Assembly (NCBI GenBank): GCA_963819215.1
Contig: CAWFVK010000001.1
Location: 114,671-178,670 of the forward strand
Length of the DNA stretch: 64,000 bases
Direction: 5' to 3'
Origin: an uncultured Actinomycetota bacterium
Lineage (GTDB): Bacteria > Actinomycetota > Actinomycetes > Prado026
Part shown: one piece after another, positions 10,312-21,209 of the stretch
Layout of the letters: each line of letters starts with the position of its first letter
Numbering within the stretch: position 1 is the first letter of the stretch
Notes under the pieces: generated by a model
Databases searched by the model: none
What the model was told of the DNA's origin: nothing
What the model saw: the letters and a program-made list of their open reading frames with translations, nothing else
Program-made: the position numbers and the translations under genes

Positions 10312-11478
10312 ATGAGCGTCAACAAGTCTGCCGCGCACGCCGAGCTCGACGACCGCACCGGTCCGCAGGGACGCCGGCGCACCCCGGACGAGCAGTCGTC
10401 GGCCCGCGTCACCGGCCTCGTCGGCCTGTCGAGCAGCAGCCTGTCGGCGCTCGGCCTCTCCCCGCTGGAGGAGCGCGTCTACCGCCAGGTGGTGGGCTCG
10501 ACCGGCAGCACGGCCTTCGCCATCGCGCGACGGCTGCGCGCGGGCGTCCCGGAGATCGAGGGCATCCTCGGGCAGCTGGTCCGCAGCGGTCTCGTCACCG
10601 CCGCCAGGGCGGACGTCCCCGCCTACGTACGCGGGCGCGGCGTCGAGCCGTCCGGCAGCAGCGAGGTCAGGTACGTCCCCGAACCGCCGGCGAACCGGCT
10701 CAGCCGGCTGCTCCAGCTGCAGGCCGCCCGGCTCGTCAACGCGGGCAACGCCGTCGAACAGCTGACCCAGCTCTACGGCGCCATGCAGGAGGACTGGGCG
10801 GCCCCGGACTCGGTGCGAGTCGTGCACGGGGCGGACGAGGTGAACCGGACCGTCTTCGAGCTGTTGTCGCTCACCTCGACCGAGCTGGTGCAGCTCGACC
10901 GCGAGCCGTTCGTGCGCGCCGGCCGGCCTTGCCTGCTGCCCCAGGCGATGTTCGACGCGCTCGACCGGGACGTAGCGATCCGCACCATCTACGCGGAGGA
11001 CGCCTTCAGGGTCGAGGGCTACGCGGACTACATGGCCGAGGCAGCGCGATCCGGCGAGCAGGCCCGGACGATGAAGCACCTCCCGCTGCGGATGCTCGTG
11101 TCCGACGCCAGGACCGCGATGCTGCCGCTCGCCGCCGACGGTCCGTGGGTGAGTGCGGCGCTGGTGGTCCGTGGCCGCGAGCTCGTCGAGGGTCTCGGCC
11201 GGCTCTTCGACGAGCTGTGGGAGCACGCCAGCCCGCGCACCGCTGAAGTCACCGCCGAGGAGGTGCCCCGCGAGGCAAGCACGGGCGCCGACTACACCGA
11301 GCAGGATGTCGCGCTGCTACGGATGCTGGCCGCCGACCTCACGGAGGACGCCATCGGCCGGCACCTCGGGACGTCGTCGCGCACGATCGGCCGGCGCTTG
11401 GCGGTGCTGCAGCGCCGGATGGGCGTGCACACCCGCTTCACGATGGGCGCCGAGGCTTCCCGGCTGGGCCTGCTCTGA
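10312..11478 (+). CDS. TrmB-like N-terminal HTH / LuxR-type C-terminal HTH regulator
   Basis: LSALGLSPLEERVYRQ, central LPLRMLVSDARTAMLPL..ALVVR, C-terminal LTEDAIGRHLGTSSRTIGRR. Confidence 0.85.
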   Translation: MSVNKSAAHAELDDRTGPQGRRRTPDEQSSARVTGLVGLSSSSLSALGLSPLEERVYRQVVGSTGSTAFAIARRLRAGVPEIEGILGQLVRSGLVTAARADVPAYVRGRGVEPSGSSEVRYVPEPPANRLSRLLQLQAARLVNAGNAVEQLTQLYGAMQEDWAAPDSVRVVHGADEVNRTVFELLSLTSTELVQLDREPFVRAGRPCLLPQAMFDALDRDVAIRTIYAEDAFRVEGYADYMAEAARSGEQARTMKHLPLRMLVSDARTAMLPLAADGPWVSAALVVRGRELVEGLGRLFDELWEHASPRTAEVTAEEVPREASTGADYTEQDVALLRMLAADLTEDAIGRHLGTSSRTIGRRLAVLQRRMGVHTRFTMGAEASRLGLL

Positions 11479-11482
11479 GGAC

Positions 11483-11508
11483 AGCCGCGACCCTGCAGGG
11501 TCGCGGCT
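11483..11508. terminator. 26-bp perfect palindrome, probable terminator or stabilising hairpin
   Basis: AGCCGCGACCCTG/CAGGGTCGCGGCT begins 5 nt after the regulator stop; no long U-tract. Confidence 0.55.
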
Positions 11509-11546
11509 TGCGCTCGTGCGGCGGCGGCATCGGGCAGGCTGTCGGC

Positions 11547-12290
11547 ATGACCAGTCAGCCACGCACCCTCGCGATCGACTGCGGGGGGAGCGGGTTGAAG
11601 GCTGCGGTCTTCGACGCGGCCGCCACCCAGCTCAGCGAGCGCGTCCGCGTGCCGACGCCCTACCCGTTGCCACCGGACCGTTTTGTCGACGAGCTCCTCG
11701 CTCTGGTGGCCGCGCTGCCAGCGGCCGACCGCGTCACCGTCGGACTGCCGGGGATGATCAGGCACGGCACCGTGGTGAGCACCCCGCACTACCCCACGGT
11801 CGCTGGGCCGTTCACCGAAAAGGACCCCGCCCTGGTCAAGGCGTGGTCAGGCTTCGACGTCCAGGACGCCCTGGCCCGAGCATTCGGCCGCCCGACCCTG
11901 GTGCTCAACGACGCCGAGGTGCAGGGGGCGGCCGTGCAGACCGGTCAGGGGCTCGAGCTCGTGCTCACGCTGGGGACCGGTCTCGGTTGCGCGGTGTTCG
12001 ACGACGGCCGACTGGCCCCGCACCTCGAGCTCTCGCACGCCCCGTTCCGGAAGGGTGCGACGTACGACGGCCAGCTGGGTAACGCGTCGCGGCGCCGCGT
12101 CGGCAACGCGAAGTGGAGCCGGCGGGTGCAGCGCGCCGTGGACGGCCTCCGGCCCGTCTTCGGGTTCGACCGGCTCTTCCTCGGAGGGGGCAACGCCCGG
12201 CACCTCACCCTCGACCTCGGCGCAGATGTCGTGCTGGTCCCCAACACGTCGGGCCTGGTCGGTGGCGTCAGCGCCTGGGCCCTGCGATAG
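11547..12290 (+). CDS. ROK family kinase (polyphosphate glucokinase-like)
   Basis: LAIDCGGSGLKA, LNDAEVQG, LTLGTGLG, HLELSH. Confidence 0.88.
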   Translation: MTSQPRTLAIDCGGSGLKAAVFDAAATQLSERVRVPTPYPLPPDRFVDELLALVAALPAADRVTVGLPGMIRHGTVVSTPHYPTVAGPFTEKDPALVKAWSGFDVQDALARAFGRPTLVLNDAEVQGAAVQTGQGLELVLTLGTGLGCAVFDDGRLAPHLELSHAPFRKGATYDGQLGNASRRRVGNAKWSRRVQRAVDGLRPVFGFDRLFLGGGNARHLTLDLGADVVLVPNTSGLVGGVSAWALR

Positions 12291-12305
12291 CGGCCTGCGC
12301 ACCGC

Positions 12306-13199
12306 CTACGCAGGTGCGGTGACGGCGAGGAGCTCCGCGACCTGCTCGTCCGTCACCGCGTCGAAGAACCCCCCGACGACGTCCTCGACCTCGTCGAACG
12401 AGTCGGCGCAGAAGAGCAGCGGCTGGTAGTGCGTGATGTCGTAGGTCTGCACGCCCATCCGGGCGAGGTCGAGCGGGCGGAGATCGGCGTGCGCGATCTG
12501 CTGGATCTCGCCGTAGGACGACAGCAGGCCCGCGCCGTACGTCCTGACCTCGCCGTCCTCGCGGAGCACGCCGAACTCCAGGGAGAACCAGAAGACCTTG
12601 GACACGAACTCCAGCGCCTGCTGCGACTCGACCCTGCGCGCGGCCGCGCCGGCCGAGCGGTAGAGCGCCGCGAACCGCGGCTCGGCCAGGCAGGCGCCGT
12701 GGCCCAGCACCTCGTGGACGATGTCCGGCTCAGGGGTGTACAGCGGGACCGAGTGGTGCCGGATGTACTGCGTCGAGTGGAACGTGCCGTCGTCGAGGGC
12801 ACCGTAGAACTGCCGGAGCGGGACCAGCCCGGCGGCCGGGACGTACCGGAAGCCGGTGAGCGGCTCCAGCGAGGCCGAGACCTCGTCGAGCTGGGGGATG
12901 TGGTCCGTCGGGAGGGCGAGCAGCTCGGCTCCCTCGCGGTAGGCCCGGCAGGCGAGCGAGCGGTGGAGCACCGCGAGCTCCGAGCAGGCGAGCCGCCAGA
13001 CCTCGTGCTCGTCGTCGGTGTACGTCGCGTGCGGGATCGGGTCGCCGGGCTGCCAGCTGAGAGCGAGCTCGGCGATGGCGTTCCGTCGGGCGCGGTACAC
13101 GGGGTCGCTGGCGCCGGGGTGGGTGTCACCGAGGTCGACCTCGACGGTGCCGTCCGCCCTACGGGTGATGGGCGCGTACAGCTGGCCTTCTTCGAACAT
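12306..13199 (-). CDS. phhA: Phenylalanine 4-hydroxylase (pterin-dependent)
   Basis: STQYIRH, YTPEPDIVHEVLGH, FWFSLEFG, YGAGLLSSYGE, YDITHYQP. Confidence 0.93.
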   Translation of the reverse strand: MFEEGQLYAPITRRADGTVEVDLGDTHPGASDPVYRARRNAIAELALSWQPGDPIPHATYTDDEHEVWRLACSELAVLHRSLACRAYREGAELLALPTDHIPQLDEVSASLEPLTGFRYVPAAGLVPLRQFYGALDDGTFHSTQYIRHHSVPLYTPEPDIVHEVLGHGACLAEPRFAALYRSAGAAARRVESQQALEFVSKVFWFSLEFGVLREDGEVRTYGAGLLSSYGEIQQIAHADLRPLDLARMGVQTYDITHYQPLLFCADSFDEVEDVVGGFFDAVTDEQVAELLAVTAPA

Positions 13200-13274
13200 G
13201 TGGATGCCTCCTGCAACGCTTCCGGGATCGCCGTACCGCGTATGACACGAGACTCGCACATCAGACCTCGGCTG

Positions 13275-14125
13275 TCACACCCAGATCGCGGTCGTCCGCG
13301 GGCTCGTCCGCGGTCGCGCCGGCGCAGCCGGACCCAGGACGCGTAGCGGCGCATGAGCAGGGTGACGACCACGATGGCCACCACGTCGAGCGAGGACGCC
13401 ACGATCCCGTCCAGCCACCAGTGGTTGGCCGTGAGCACCACCACCAGCGCGGTGACGACCGGGTGGGCGATGATCAGCCAGCGCCAGCGGCTCGGGCTGA
13501 TCTTGATCACCACGATCGCGATGAGGACGGCCCAGCCCACGTGCACCGAGGGCATCGCCGACAGCTGGTCGGCGATCCCGCTCCCGAAGGCGCCGTAGAC
13601 GGACTGGCCGTACAGCAACGCGGTGTCGACGAAACCGAGCTGCGGAAGCATGCGCGGCGGCGCCACCGGGATCAGCTGCACGAGCAGGCACATCCCGGTC
13701 GCCAGGGCCAGCACGTTGCGCACCCACGGGAAGCGGTCACGGTGGCGGATGAACACCCAGACCAGGAAGATCACGATGCTGTTCAGGTGGACGTACAGGT
13801 AGAACGTGTTGGCTGCCTTGACCAGGTCCGGGTGCGGGAGCGCCCAGCCCTGGACGGTGAGCTCGCTCGGCAGCGGCAGGTGCTGGTCGAAGGCGAAGAT
13901 CCAGTGCGCGCGGTCGAACGCCCCCGTCACCCGGCGCAGCGCGAGCCCACCGGCGACCTGCCAGAGCGAGTAGAGCGCCAGCACGATCGAGGTCTCCCTC
14001 GCGGCGGCGACGAAGAACGACCACACCTTGCCCCGCATGCGGTGGAACAGCAGGGCGAAGGTCGCCAGCACGCTCGCCACGAGCAGCGACGACTGCCAGG
14101 TCAGCAGCAGGTCCGGGATCTTCAT
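13275..14125 (-). CDS. PAP2-superfamily membrane protein (Aur1/IPC-synthase-like); 3' end uncertain
   Basis: PVAPPRML, AMPSVHVGWA, TANHWWLD; multiple TM helices. Confidence 0.82.
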
Positions 14126-14128
14126 CGC

Positions 14129-15322
14129 CTAGCGCGCCGCCTCGCGGGCCTCGGTGAAGGCGGTCACGGCACGGTCGACGTCGGCGTCGGTGTGCGCCGC
14201 CGAGAGCTGGACACGGATCCGGGCCTGCCCCTGGGGAACCACCGGGAACGAGAACGCCACCGCGTAGACGCCACGGGCGAACAGCTCCTCCGCGACCCGC
14301 CCTGCCAGCACCGCGTCGCCGAACATCACCGGGACGATCGGGTGCTCGCCCGGCAGCAGCTCGAAGCCCGCCTCGGTCATGCCGGCCCGGAAGCGGGCGG
14401 CGTTCCCCCGGAGCTGCTCGCGCAGGCCGTCCCCGTCGCCGACGAGGTCGAGCACCCGCAGCGCGGCACCCACGATCGCCGGCGGCACCGAGTTCGAGAA
14501 CAGGTACGGCCGCGCCCGCTGCCGCAGCACCTGCACGATCTCGGCGCGCGCCGCGACGTACCCGCCGGAGGCGCCGCCCAACGCCTTGCCCAGCGTGCCC
14601 GTGAGGATGTCCACCCGCTCGCCGACCCCGAACAGTGCGGGCGTGCCGGCCCCGCCCGGACCCATGAAGCCGACGGCGTGCGAGTCGTCGACCATCACCA
14701 GGGCGCCGTAGCGGTCCGCCAGCGCACAGATCTCGTCGAGCGGAGCGAGATACCCGTCCATCGAGAAGACGCCGTCGGTGACGATCAGCCGGTAGCGGGC
14801 ATCGGCGGCCTCGACCAGCGCGGCCTCGAGCTCGGCCATGCTCCGGTTCGCGTACCGCAGCCGCCGCGCCTTGCAGAGCCTGATCCCGTCGATGAGCGAG
14901 GCGTGGTTCAGCGCGTCCGAGATCACCGCGTCCCGCTCGTCGAGCAGCGCCTCGAACACGCCACCGTTGGCGTCGAAGCAGGAGCCGAAGAGGATCGTGT
15001 CCTCGGTGCCGAGGAACGCGCTCAGGCGCTCCTCGAGGGTGCGGTGGATCGTCTGGGTCCCGCAGATGAAACGCACCGAGGCCATCCCGAAGCCCCACCG
15101 GTCGAGCGTCTCGTGGGCCGCGGCCACGACGTCCGGGTGGTCGGCCAGCCCGAGATAGTTGTTGGCGCAGAAGTTCAGGAGCGGCTTGCCGTCGGCGTCC
15201 ACGTGCGTGCCCTGGGGTGACCCGATCACCCGCTCCGGCTTGAACACGCCGGTCTCGCGCATCTCGCTGAGCCGGCCGGTGAGCTCGGCCCGCAGGCCGT
15301 CGAGGGTCGCGTCGTGCGGCAT
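14129..15322 (-). CDS. kbl: Glycine C-acetyltransferase (2-amino-3-ketobutyrate CoA ligase)
   Basis: [42 protein letters not shown]; follows tdh. Confidence 0.95.
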   Translation of the reverse strand: MPHDATLDGLRAELTGRLSEMRETGVFKPERVIGSPQGTHVDADGKPLLNFCANNYLGLADHPDVVAAAHETLDRWGFGMASVRFICGTQTIHRTLEERLSAFLGTEDTILFGSCFDANGGVFEALLDERDAVISDALNHASLIDGIRLCKARRLRYANRSMAELEAALVEAADARYRLIVTDGVFSMDGYLAPLDEICALADRYGALVMVDDSHAVGFMGPGGAGTPALFGVGERVDILTGTLGKALGGASGGYVAARAEIVQVLRQRARPYLFSNSVPPAIVGAALRVLDLVGDGDGLREQLRGNAARFRAGMTEAGFELLPGEHPIVPVMFGDAVLAGRVAEELFARGVYAVAFSFPVVPQGQARIRVQLSAAHTDADVDRAVTAFTEAREAAR

Positions 15323-15325
15323 CCG

Positions 15326-16363
15326 TCAGGCCTCCGACCACTCGAGGATCACTTTGCCGCACCGGCCGCTGGTCGCGATGTCGAAGGCGGCGTCGAAGTC
15401 ACGGTAGGAGAAGCGATGGGTGATCACCGGCGAGATGTCGAGACCGGCTTCCACGAGCACGGACATCGCGTACCACGTCTCGTACATCTCACGGCCGAAG
15501 ATCCCCTTGACCGTGAGCATCGAGTGGATGACGCGGTCCCAGTCGAACGGCACCTCGTTCTTCGCCGGCACCCCCAGCAGGGCGATCCGTCCGCCGTGCG
15601 CCATCGCGTCGATGAGCGAGTGCAGCGCCGCGGGGGCGCCGGACATCTCCAGGCCGACGTCGAAGCCCTCACGCATGTCGAGCTGGTCGTAGACGTCGTC
15701 GAGGTCACCGGTGGCGACGTTGAGGGCCATCGTCACGGCGCCCATGCTGCGGGCGAGGTCGAGGCGTTCCTCGCTGACGTCGGTGATGACGATGTTGCGC
15801 GCGCCCGCGTGCCGCACGACGGACGCGGCCATGATCCCGATCGGCCCGGCCCCGGTGATCAGGACGTCCTCGCCGAGCACCGGGAAGCTCAACGCGCAGT
15901 GCACGGCGTTGCCGAAGGGGTCGAAGATCGCCGCGACGTCCGGGTCCAGCTCGGTGCGATGCCGCCAGACGTTCGAGGCGGGGACCGCGACGTACTCCGC
16001 GAACCCCCCGTTGCGGTCGACCCCGACGCTCACCGTGTTCGGGCACAGCTGACGGCGACCGGCCAGGCAGTTCCGGCAACGCCCGCAGACGATGTGTCCC
16101 TCCACGCTCACGAGCTCGCCGACGGCGAGGGTGTCCACCCCGCGACCGAGCGCCTCGATCCGGCCGGCGATCTCGTGGCCGATGGTGACCGGCACCTTGA
16201 TGGCGCCCTGCGCCCAGGCGTCCCACGAGCGGATGTGCAGGTCGGTGCCGCAGATCCCGGTGCGCAGCACCCGGATGAGCACCTCACCAGGGCCAGGCTC
16301 GGGAACGGGGACGTCCATCAGCCACAGACCGGGGGCCGCCTCAGCTTTCACGAGCGCTTTCAT
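15326..16363 (-). CDS. tdh: L-threonine 3-dehydrogenase
   Basis: [40 protein letters not shown]. Confidence 0.95.
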   Translation of the reverse strand: MKALVKAEAAPGLWLMDVPVPEPGPGEVLIRVLRTGICGTDLHIRSWDAWAQGAIKVPVTIGHEIAGRIEALGRGVDTLAVGELVSVEGHIVCGRCRNCLAGRRQLCPNTVSVGVDRNGGFAEYVAVPASNVWRHRTELDPDVAAIFDPFGNAVHCALSFPVLGEDVLITGAGPIGIMAASVVRHAGARNIVITDVSEERLDLARSMGAVTMALNVATGDLDDVYDQLDMREGFDVGLEMSGAPAALHSLIDAMAHGGRIALLGVPAKNEVPFDWDRVIHSMLTVKGIFGREMYETWYAMSVLVEAGLDISPVITHRFSYRDFDAAFDIATSGRCGKVILEWSEA

Positions 16364-16403
16364 CAGAGCAGTGTCTCCCGACCGGGCACCCGGAGGTAGC
16401 CGG

Positions 16404-17492
16404 CTACGCGTCGAGCAGCGCGGCCGCGACGGTCTCGCGATGCCGCGCCGGCAGGCCCGCCCAGGACTGGTCGGCGAGGGCACGCTTGTAGAAGCGGTGA
16501 GCGACGTGCTCCCACGTCATGCCGATGCCGCCGAGCACCTGGATCGCGCCCTCGGCGGCGAACACGGCGGCCTCGGTCGCCGCCGCCTTGGCGGCGGCGC
16601 ACGCGCTGTCGACCTCCCCTTCGGACAGGCTCCCGGGGTCTCCCTCCAGCGCGTCGATGCACCAGGCCGCGCGATACGCGAGGGAGCGCGCCAGCTCGGT
16701 CCGCAGGTACATGTCGGCGACGTGGTGCGAGACCGCCTGGTAGGTGCCGATGACGCGACCGAACTGCTCCCGGGTGCTCGCCTGGGTCGTCGCCGTGGCC
16801 AGCATCCGGGCGGCGAGCCCGACCGACTCGAGCGCGATGCCGGCCAGGGCCCGGCGCCGCATCGACGCCAGCAGGGCGGGGGTGTCCGCGGCATCGGCGA
16901 GCAGGGTCGCTGGCGCGTGGTCGAGGGTCAGCTCGCCGATCCGTCGGGTCCCGTCCGTGGTGTGCAACGTGAGCCGGCCGTCGAGGGCCGTCGTCAGGAA
17001 GAGCGCCGGCCCCGCGGTGGTGCGGGCCAGCACGACGACCTGCTGCGCGCCGCCGAGGTCGGGGAGGTCGGACTTCGTGCCGGTGAGGGACCAGCCGCCG
17101 GGGCCGTCGTCAGCGGTCGTCTCGACGCGATCCGGTTCCTCGAAGGCCAGCGGGCCGCTCGGCTCGGCCCACGCAAGGACGGTCGCGGTCGTCGCGTCCT
17201 GGTCGCCCCGCACCAGCGCCGGCTCGGCGATCACCGTGGCCAGCAGGGGTGCCGGCAGCAACGCGTACCCGGCCTCCTCGAGCAGCACGGCCTCGTCGAG
17301 GAAGCTCCCGCCTCCTGCCGGTGCGGAGAGCCCGACCCAGCCGAGCCCGACGAGCTCGGCCCACAGCGCGGGGTCGGTCCCGTCGGCGGAGTCGGCGAGC
17401 TCGTGCAGCCGGGCGTCGGGCAGCCGATCGGTCAGCAGCCGGCGCGCTGCAGCGCGGAGCTCGTCCTGGTCGTCCGAGAAGGCGAAGTCCAT
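16404..17492 (-). CDS. Acyl-CoA dehydrogenase family protein (short partner-subunit type)
   Basis: MDFAFSDDQ start, [29 protein letters not shown]. Confidence 0.88.
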   Translation of the reverse strand: MDFAFSDDQDELRAAARRLLTDRLPDARLHELADSADGTDPALWAELVGLGWVGLSAPAGGGSFLDEAVLLEEAGYALLPAPLLATVIAEPALVRGDQDATTATVLAWAEPSGPLAFEEPDRVETTADDGPGGWSLTGTKSDLPDLGGAQQVVVLARTTAGPALFLTTALDGRLTLHTTDGTRRIGELTLDHAPATLLADAADTPALLASMRRRALAGIALESVGLAARMLATATTQASTREQFGRVIGTYQAVSHHVADMYLRTELARSLAYRAAWCIDALEGDPGSLSEGEVDSACAAAKAAATEAAVFAAEGAIQVLGGIGMTWEHVAHRFYKRALADQSWAGLPARHRETVAAALLDA

Positions 17493-17509
17493 CGGAGGCT
17501 CACTTCCTG

Positions 17510-18696
17510 CTAGCGGGAGCGCGGGCAGGCCGACGACGCGCTCGGCGATGATGTTGCGCAGGATCTCGGAGGTGCCGGCCTCGATCGTGTTGCCGCGGCT
17601 GCGCAGCTGCTGGTAGGTCCAGAAGCCGTCCCAGACGGCCTCGTCGCCGTCGAGCTGCCCGGCCGGACCGACCAGCTCCTGCGCGAGCTTCGTGAGCCGC
17701 TGGTTGGTCTCGGACCAGTGCAGCTTCGCGATCGAGCCCTCCGGGCCGGGGACGCCGGTCTTCTCCAGCGCCGTCAGCGAGCGGTAGTTGGTGAACCGCA
17801 GCGCCTGCAGGTCGATCCAGAGCTGGGCGATCTGGTCGCGGACCAGCGGGTCGTCGGCCGGGCCGGATGCCGTCGGGCCGCGTGGTGCGTGCGGTGGTGA
17901 CGAGCCGGCCGAGCAGCTGCTCGAAGCGCGGCCGTGAGCGCGAAGCCGAGGGTGCCGCGCTCGTGCAGCAGCGTCGTCATCGCGACCTACCAGCCGTCGC
18001 CCGGCTTGCCGAGCATCGACTCGCGCGGGACGCGGACGTCGGTGAAGAAGATCTCGTTGAACTCGGGGTCGCCGGTGATCTGCCGCAGCGGCCGGACCTC
18101 GACGCCCGGGGGCGTGCATGTCGACCAGCAGGTACGACAGCCCGCGGTGCTTCTCGGCCTCCGGGTCGGTGCGGACGACGAGGATGCACCAGTCGGCGAT
18201 GTGCGCGTAGGACGACCACACCTTCTGCCCGTTGACCACCCACTCGTCGCCGTCGAGGACGGCCCGGGTGCGCGCGCCGGCGAGGTCGGAGCCGCTGCCC
18301 GGCTCGGAGAAGCCCTGGCACCAGATCTCCTCGCCGGACAGCAGCGTCGGCAGGTAGCGCTTCTTCTGCTCGTCGCTGCCCCAGGCGATGATCGTCGGGC
18401 CGGCCATGCCGAGCCCGATCACGCCGATGTGGTCAGGCGCCTCGACGCGGGCGGACTCCTCGAGGAAGATGCCCTGGAACGTCGGCGGCAGCGCCGAGCC
18501 CGCCGTACTCCTTGGGCCAGGTGATCCCCGCGTAGCCGGCCGAGTAGAGCGTGGCGCTCCACGCACGGGCGAAGTCGACGTCCTCCAGCCCGACGGACGG
18601 CTCGCGGTCGGCCCAGCCGGCCGGCAGGTTGGCGGCGAACCAGGCGCGCAGCTCGGCGCGGAAGGCGGCCTCTTCCGGGGTGTCTCTGAAGTCCAC
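17510..18696 (-). CDS. Acyl-CoA dehydrogenase (frameshifted)
   Basis: WCQGFSEPGSGSDLA, NGQKVWSSYAH, FNEIFFTDVRVP, TIEAGTSEILRNIIAER. Confidence 0.88.
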
Positions 18697-18760
18697 AGCT
18701 GCACGTTACTCGCGGGTAGGCGCACGTGCGGGGCGAACGGTGCCGCGGCGACGGGCTGGC

Positions 18761-19663
18761 TCAGAGCCGGCGCAGGAGCTCGGCCAGCCCGACGTCGAAC
18801 GCATCGGCCGCGGCGGCCTCGATGTCCGGCACCACGCCAGTGCCTTCCCAGTCGGTCTCGGTGACCGGGTGGAAGGAGCGAGCGACGGGGATGGTGAGCT
18901 CGAGGTGCGGGTGGACGGGAAAGCCCTCCCGCGGGTGCGCGCCGCCGCCGGTGCGCTCGCCGACGACCAGGGCCCTGCCGTGCTGCTGCAGGTCGAACGC
19001 CAGCTCCTCGCCACCGGAGAAGGTCGTGCCACTGGTCAGCACGACGATCGGTTTGGCCGCGCCGAAGCGCGGACCCGGGACGAACGGCAGCGTCCACGAC
19101 TGCGCCGCCACCACGGACTCCCGCTCGCTGGTGCTGATCAGGTGCACCGGCCCCTCGAAGAAGTAGCTGCACACGAAGGCGACCGACGGCGGACTGCCGC
19201 CCACCAGGTTCCGCACGTCCAGGAGCAGGCCCGACGCCGGCGCCACCAGGTTCATCGCGGCGACCAGCGAGTCCGCGGCGAGCTCCAATGGGAACAGGAT
19301 CGGCGCGAGCTCGAGCAGGGCAGCGCCGTGCTCGAGGCTGCGGATCGCGGCGATCCCACCGAGCGTGAGCTGAGCCTTCGTGGTCAGCCACGCGCGGGTG
19401 CTGTCCTCGGCTTCGAGGTCCTGGGCCTGGACGTGATGGATGAGCCGCAGGTGGCGGTCGCCGTTCACGGACTGCAGGTCCGCGGTCACCAGCTGCGCGA
19501 GCTCGTCAAGATCAGCGGCCTCGTCGTACGCCCCGCTCTCGGTCCGCTCGCGCAGGAGCTCGGCGAGCGCGAGCGCGACGTCCTCGAAGACGTACGTCGC
19601 CGCCACCAGGCTCGCCGACTCACCGAGGACGCGCCGCAGCTCCGCGTGCTCAAGCACCGGCAT
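18761..19663 (-). CDS. S41 family peptidase (IRBP-like, no signal peptide)
   Basis: DRHLRL, LDVRNLVGG, TFSGGEE, GERTGGG, WEGTGVVPD. Confidence 0.85.
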   Translation of the reverse strand: MPVLEHAELRRVLGESASLVAATYVFEDVALALAELLRERTESGAYDEAADLDELAQLVTADLQSVNGDRHLRLIHHVQAQDLEAEDSTRAWLTTKAQLTLGGIAAIRSLEHGAALLELAPILFPLELAADSLVAAMNLVAPASGLLLDVRNLVGGSPPSVAFVCSYFFEGPVHLISTSERESVVAAQSWTLPFVPGPRFGAAKPIVVLTSGTTFSGGEELAFDLQQHGRALVVGERTGGGAHPREGFPVHPHLELTIPVARSFHPVTETDWEGTGVVPDIEAAAADAFDVGLAELLRRL

Positions 19664-19671
19664 CGCCCGTC

Positions 19672-21141
19672 TCAGCTGCGCGGCGTGGAGACGTACTTGA
19701 TGTCGAGGTACTCGTTGATGCCCTCGGGCCCGCCCTCGCGGCCGAAGCCGGACTGCTTGACGCCGCCGAAGGGTGCAGCCGGGTTCGAGACGAGCCCGCG
19801 GTTCAGCCCGAGCATGCCGGTCTCGAGCGCCTCGATCACCTTCAGCCCGCGGGTCCAGGACTCGGTGTAGGCGTAGGCGACGAGGCCGAACTCGGTGTCG
19901 TTGGCGGCGGCGATCGCCTCGTCGTCGGTCTCGAAGGTCGCGATCGGCGCGACGGGGCCGAAGACCTCCTCGGCCAGGATGCGCGAGCCTGGCTCGACCC
20001 CGGCGAGGACGGTCGGCGGGTAGAAGTAGCCAGCGCCGTCGGGAGTGCTGCCGCCGGCCAGCGTCTTGGCACCCCGGTCGGTGGCGTCGGCGACGAGCTC
20101 GGCGATCTTGTCCCGTCCCGCGCCGTCGATCATCGGCCCGACCTGGACGCCGTCCTCGGTCCCGCGGCCCACCACCAGTGCGGCCATACGCTCGGCCAGC
20201 CGGTGCGAGAACTCGTCGGCCACCGACGCGTGCACGTGGAACCGGTTCGCCGCGGTGCAGGCCTCTCCCATGTTGCGCATCTTCGCGAGCATCGCGCCCT
20301 CGACGGCCTTGTCCAGGTCGGCGTCCTCGAAGACGAGGAACGGCGCGTTGCCGCCCAGCTCCATCGACGTCCGCAGCAGCTGGTCCGCGGCGTCCTTCAC
20401 CAGTCCGCGCCCGACCTCGGTGGACCCGGTGAACGAGAGCTTGCGCAGCCGGGCGTCCTTGATGAGCGGGCCGGTCAGCCGCGACGCGCTGCTCGTGGTG
20501 AGCACCGACAGCACGCCCTCGGGCAGGCCGGCCTCGCTCAGGATGCCGGCCAGCGCGAGCATGGACAGCGGCGTCTGCTTCGCCGGCTTGACGATCATGG
20601 TGCAGCCGGCCGCGATCGCCGGGCCGATCTTGCGGGTCCCCATCGCGAGCGGGAAGTTCCACGGCGTGATGAACAGGCAAGGGCCGACCGGCTGCTTGAG
20701 CACCATGAGGTGGCTGCCGCCGTCGGGGGCGAGCCCGAACCGGCCGTCGATGCGGACGGCCTCCTCGGAGAACCAGCGGAGGAACTCGGCCGCGTAGGTC
20801 ACCTCGCCGCGCGACTCGGCGATCGGCTTGCCCATCTCCAGGGTCATCAGCAGGGCGAGGTCGTCGGCGCGCTCGACCATGAGCTCGAACGCCCGGCGCA
20901 GGATCTCGCCGCGATCGCGCGGCGCTGTCCGAGCCCAGGCGTGCTGGTGCTCGGTGGCGATGCGGAGCGCCTCCAGGCCCTCGTCGGTGGTGGCGTCGGC
21001 GACCTCGGCGATCGTCTCCCCGGTCGACGGGTCTTCGACCGCCACCGTCCGGCCACTCGTCGACGGCCCCCACTGCCCTCCCAGGAACAGCTCGGTCCGG
21101 ACCCCGGCGAGGACGGTGGACTCAGCACTGGAGAGAGACAT
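19672..21141 (-). CDS. gabD: NAD(P)-dependent succinate-semialdehyde dehydrogenase
   Basis: ITPWNFP, FTGSTEVG, MELGGNAP, MRNMGEACTAANR, EEVFGP, PFGGVKQSGFGREG. Confidence 0.88.
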   Translation of the reverse strand: MSLSSAESTVLAGVRTELFLGGQWGPSTSGRTVAVEDPSTGETIAEVADATTDEGLEALRIATEHQHAWARTAPRDRGEILRRAFELMVERADDLALLMTLEMGKPIAESRGEVTYAAEFLRWFSEEAVRIDGRFGLAPDGGSHLMVLKQPVGPCLFITPWNFPLAMGTRKIGPAIAAGCTMIVKPAKQTPLSMLALAGILSEAGLPEGVLSVLTTSSASRLTGPLIKDARLRKLSFTGSTEVGRGLVKDAADQLLRTSMELGGNAPFLVFEDADLDKAVEGAMLAKMRNMGEACTAANRFHVHASVADEFSHRLAERMAALVVGRGTEDGVQVGPMIDGAGRDKIAELVADATDRGAKTLAGGSTPDGAGYFYPPTVLAGVEPGSRILAEEVFGPVAPIATFETDDEAIAAANDTEFGLVAYAYTESWTRGLKVIEALETGMLGLNRGLVSNPAAPFGGVKQSGFGREGGPEGINEYLDIKYVSTPRS

Positions 21142-21209
21142 CTGCGCACTCCTTCGTGGCGGTGGCCTGACACTGCTGACGATGCCAGACAACGGCCTAG
21201 GCTGCGCGG

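Noticed and set aside
13275-15322. Sphingolipid pathway (AOS-family enzyme next to an IPC-synthase-like gene)
   Set aside because: The AOS enzyme has Kbl-specific motifs and directly follows tdh, so it is not serine palmitoyltransferase; the adjacency is probably incidental.
12429-16399. Long antisense ORFs opposite phhA, kbl and tdh (and throughout the window)
   Set aside because: Arg/Ala/Gly-rich, motif-free mirror frames caused by strong GC3 bias.
16404-21073. Very long ORF-track fusions (16404..19391, 18761..21073; also 12353..14125, 23013..25322, 35166..37340, 40161..41927)
   Set aside because: These are GC-rich shadow-frame extensions or indel read-through; the real genes have their own starts within them.
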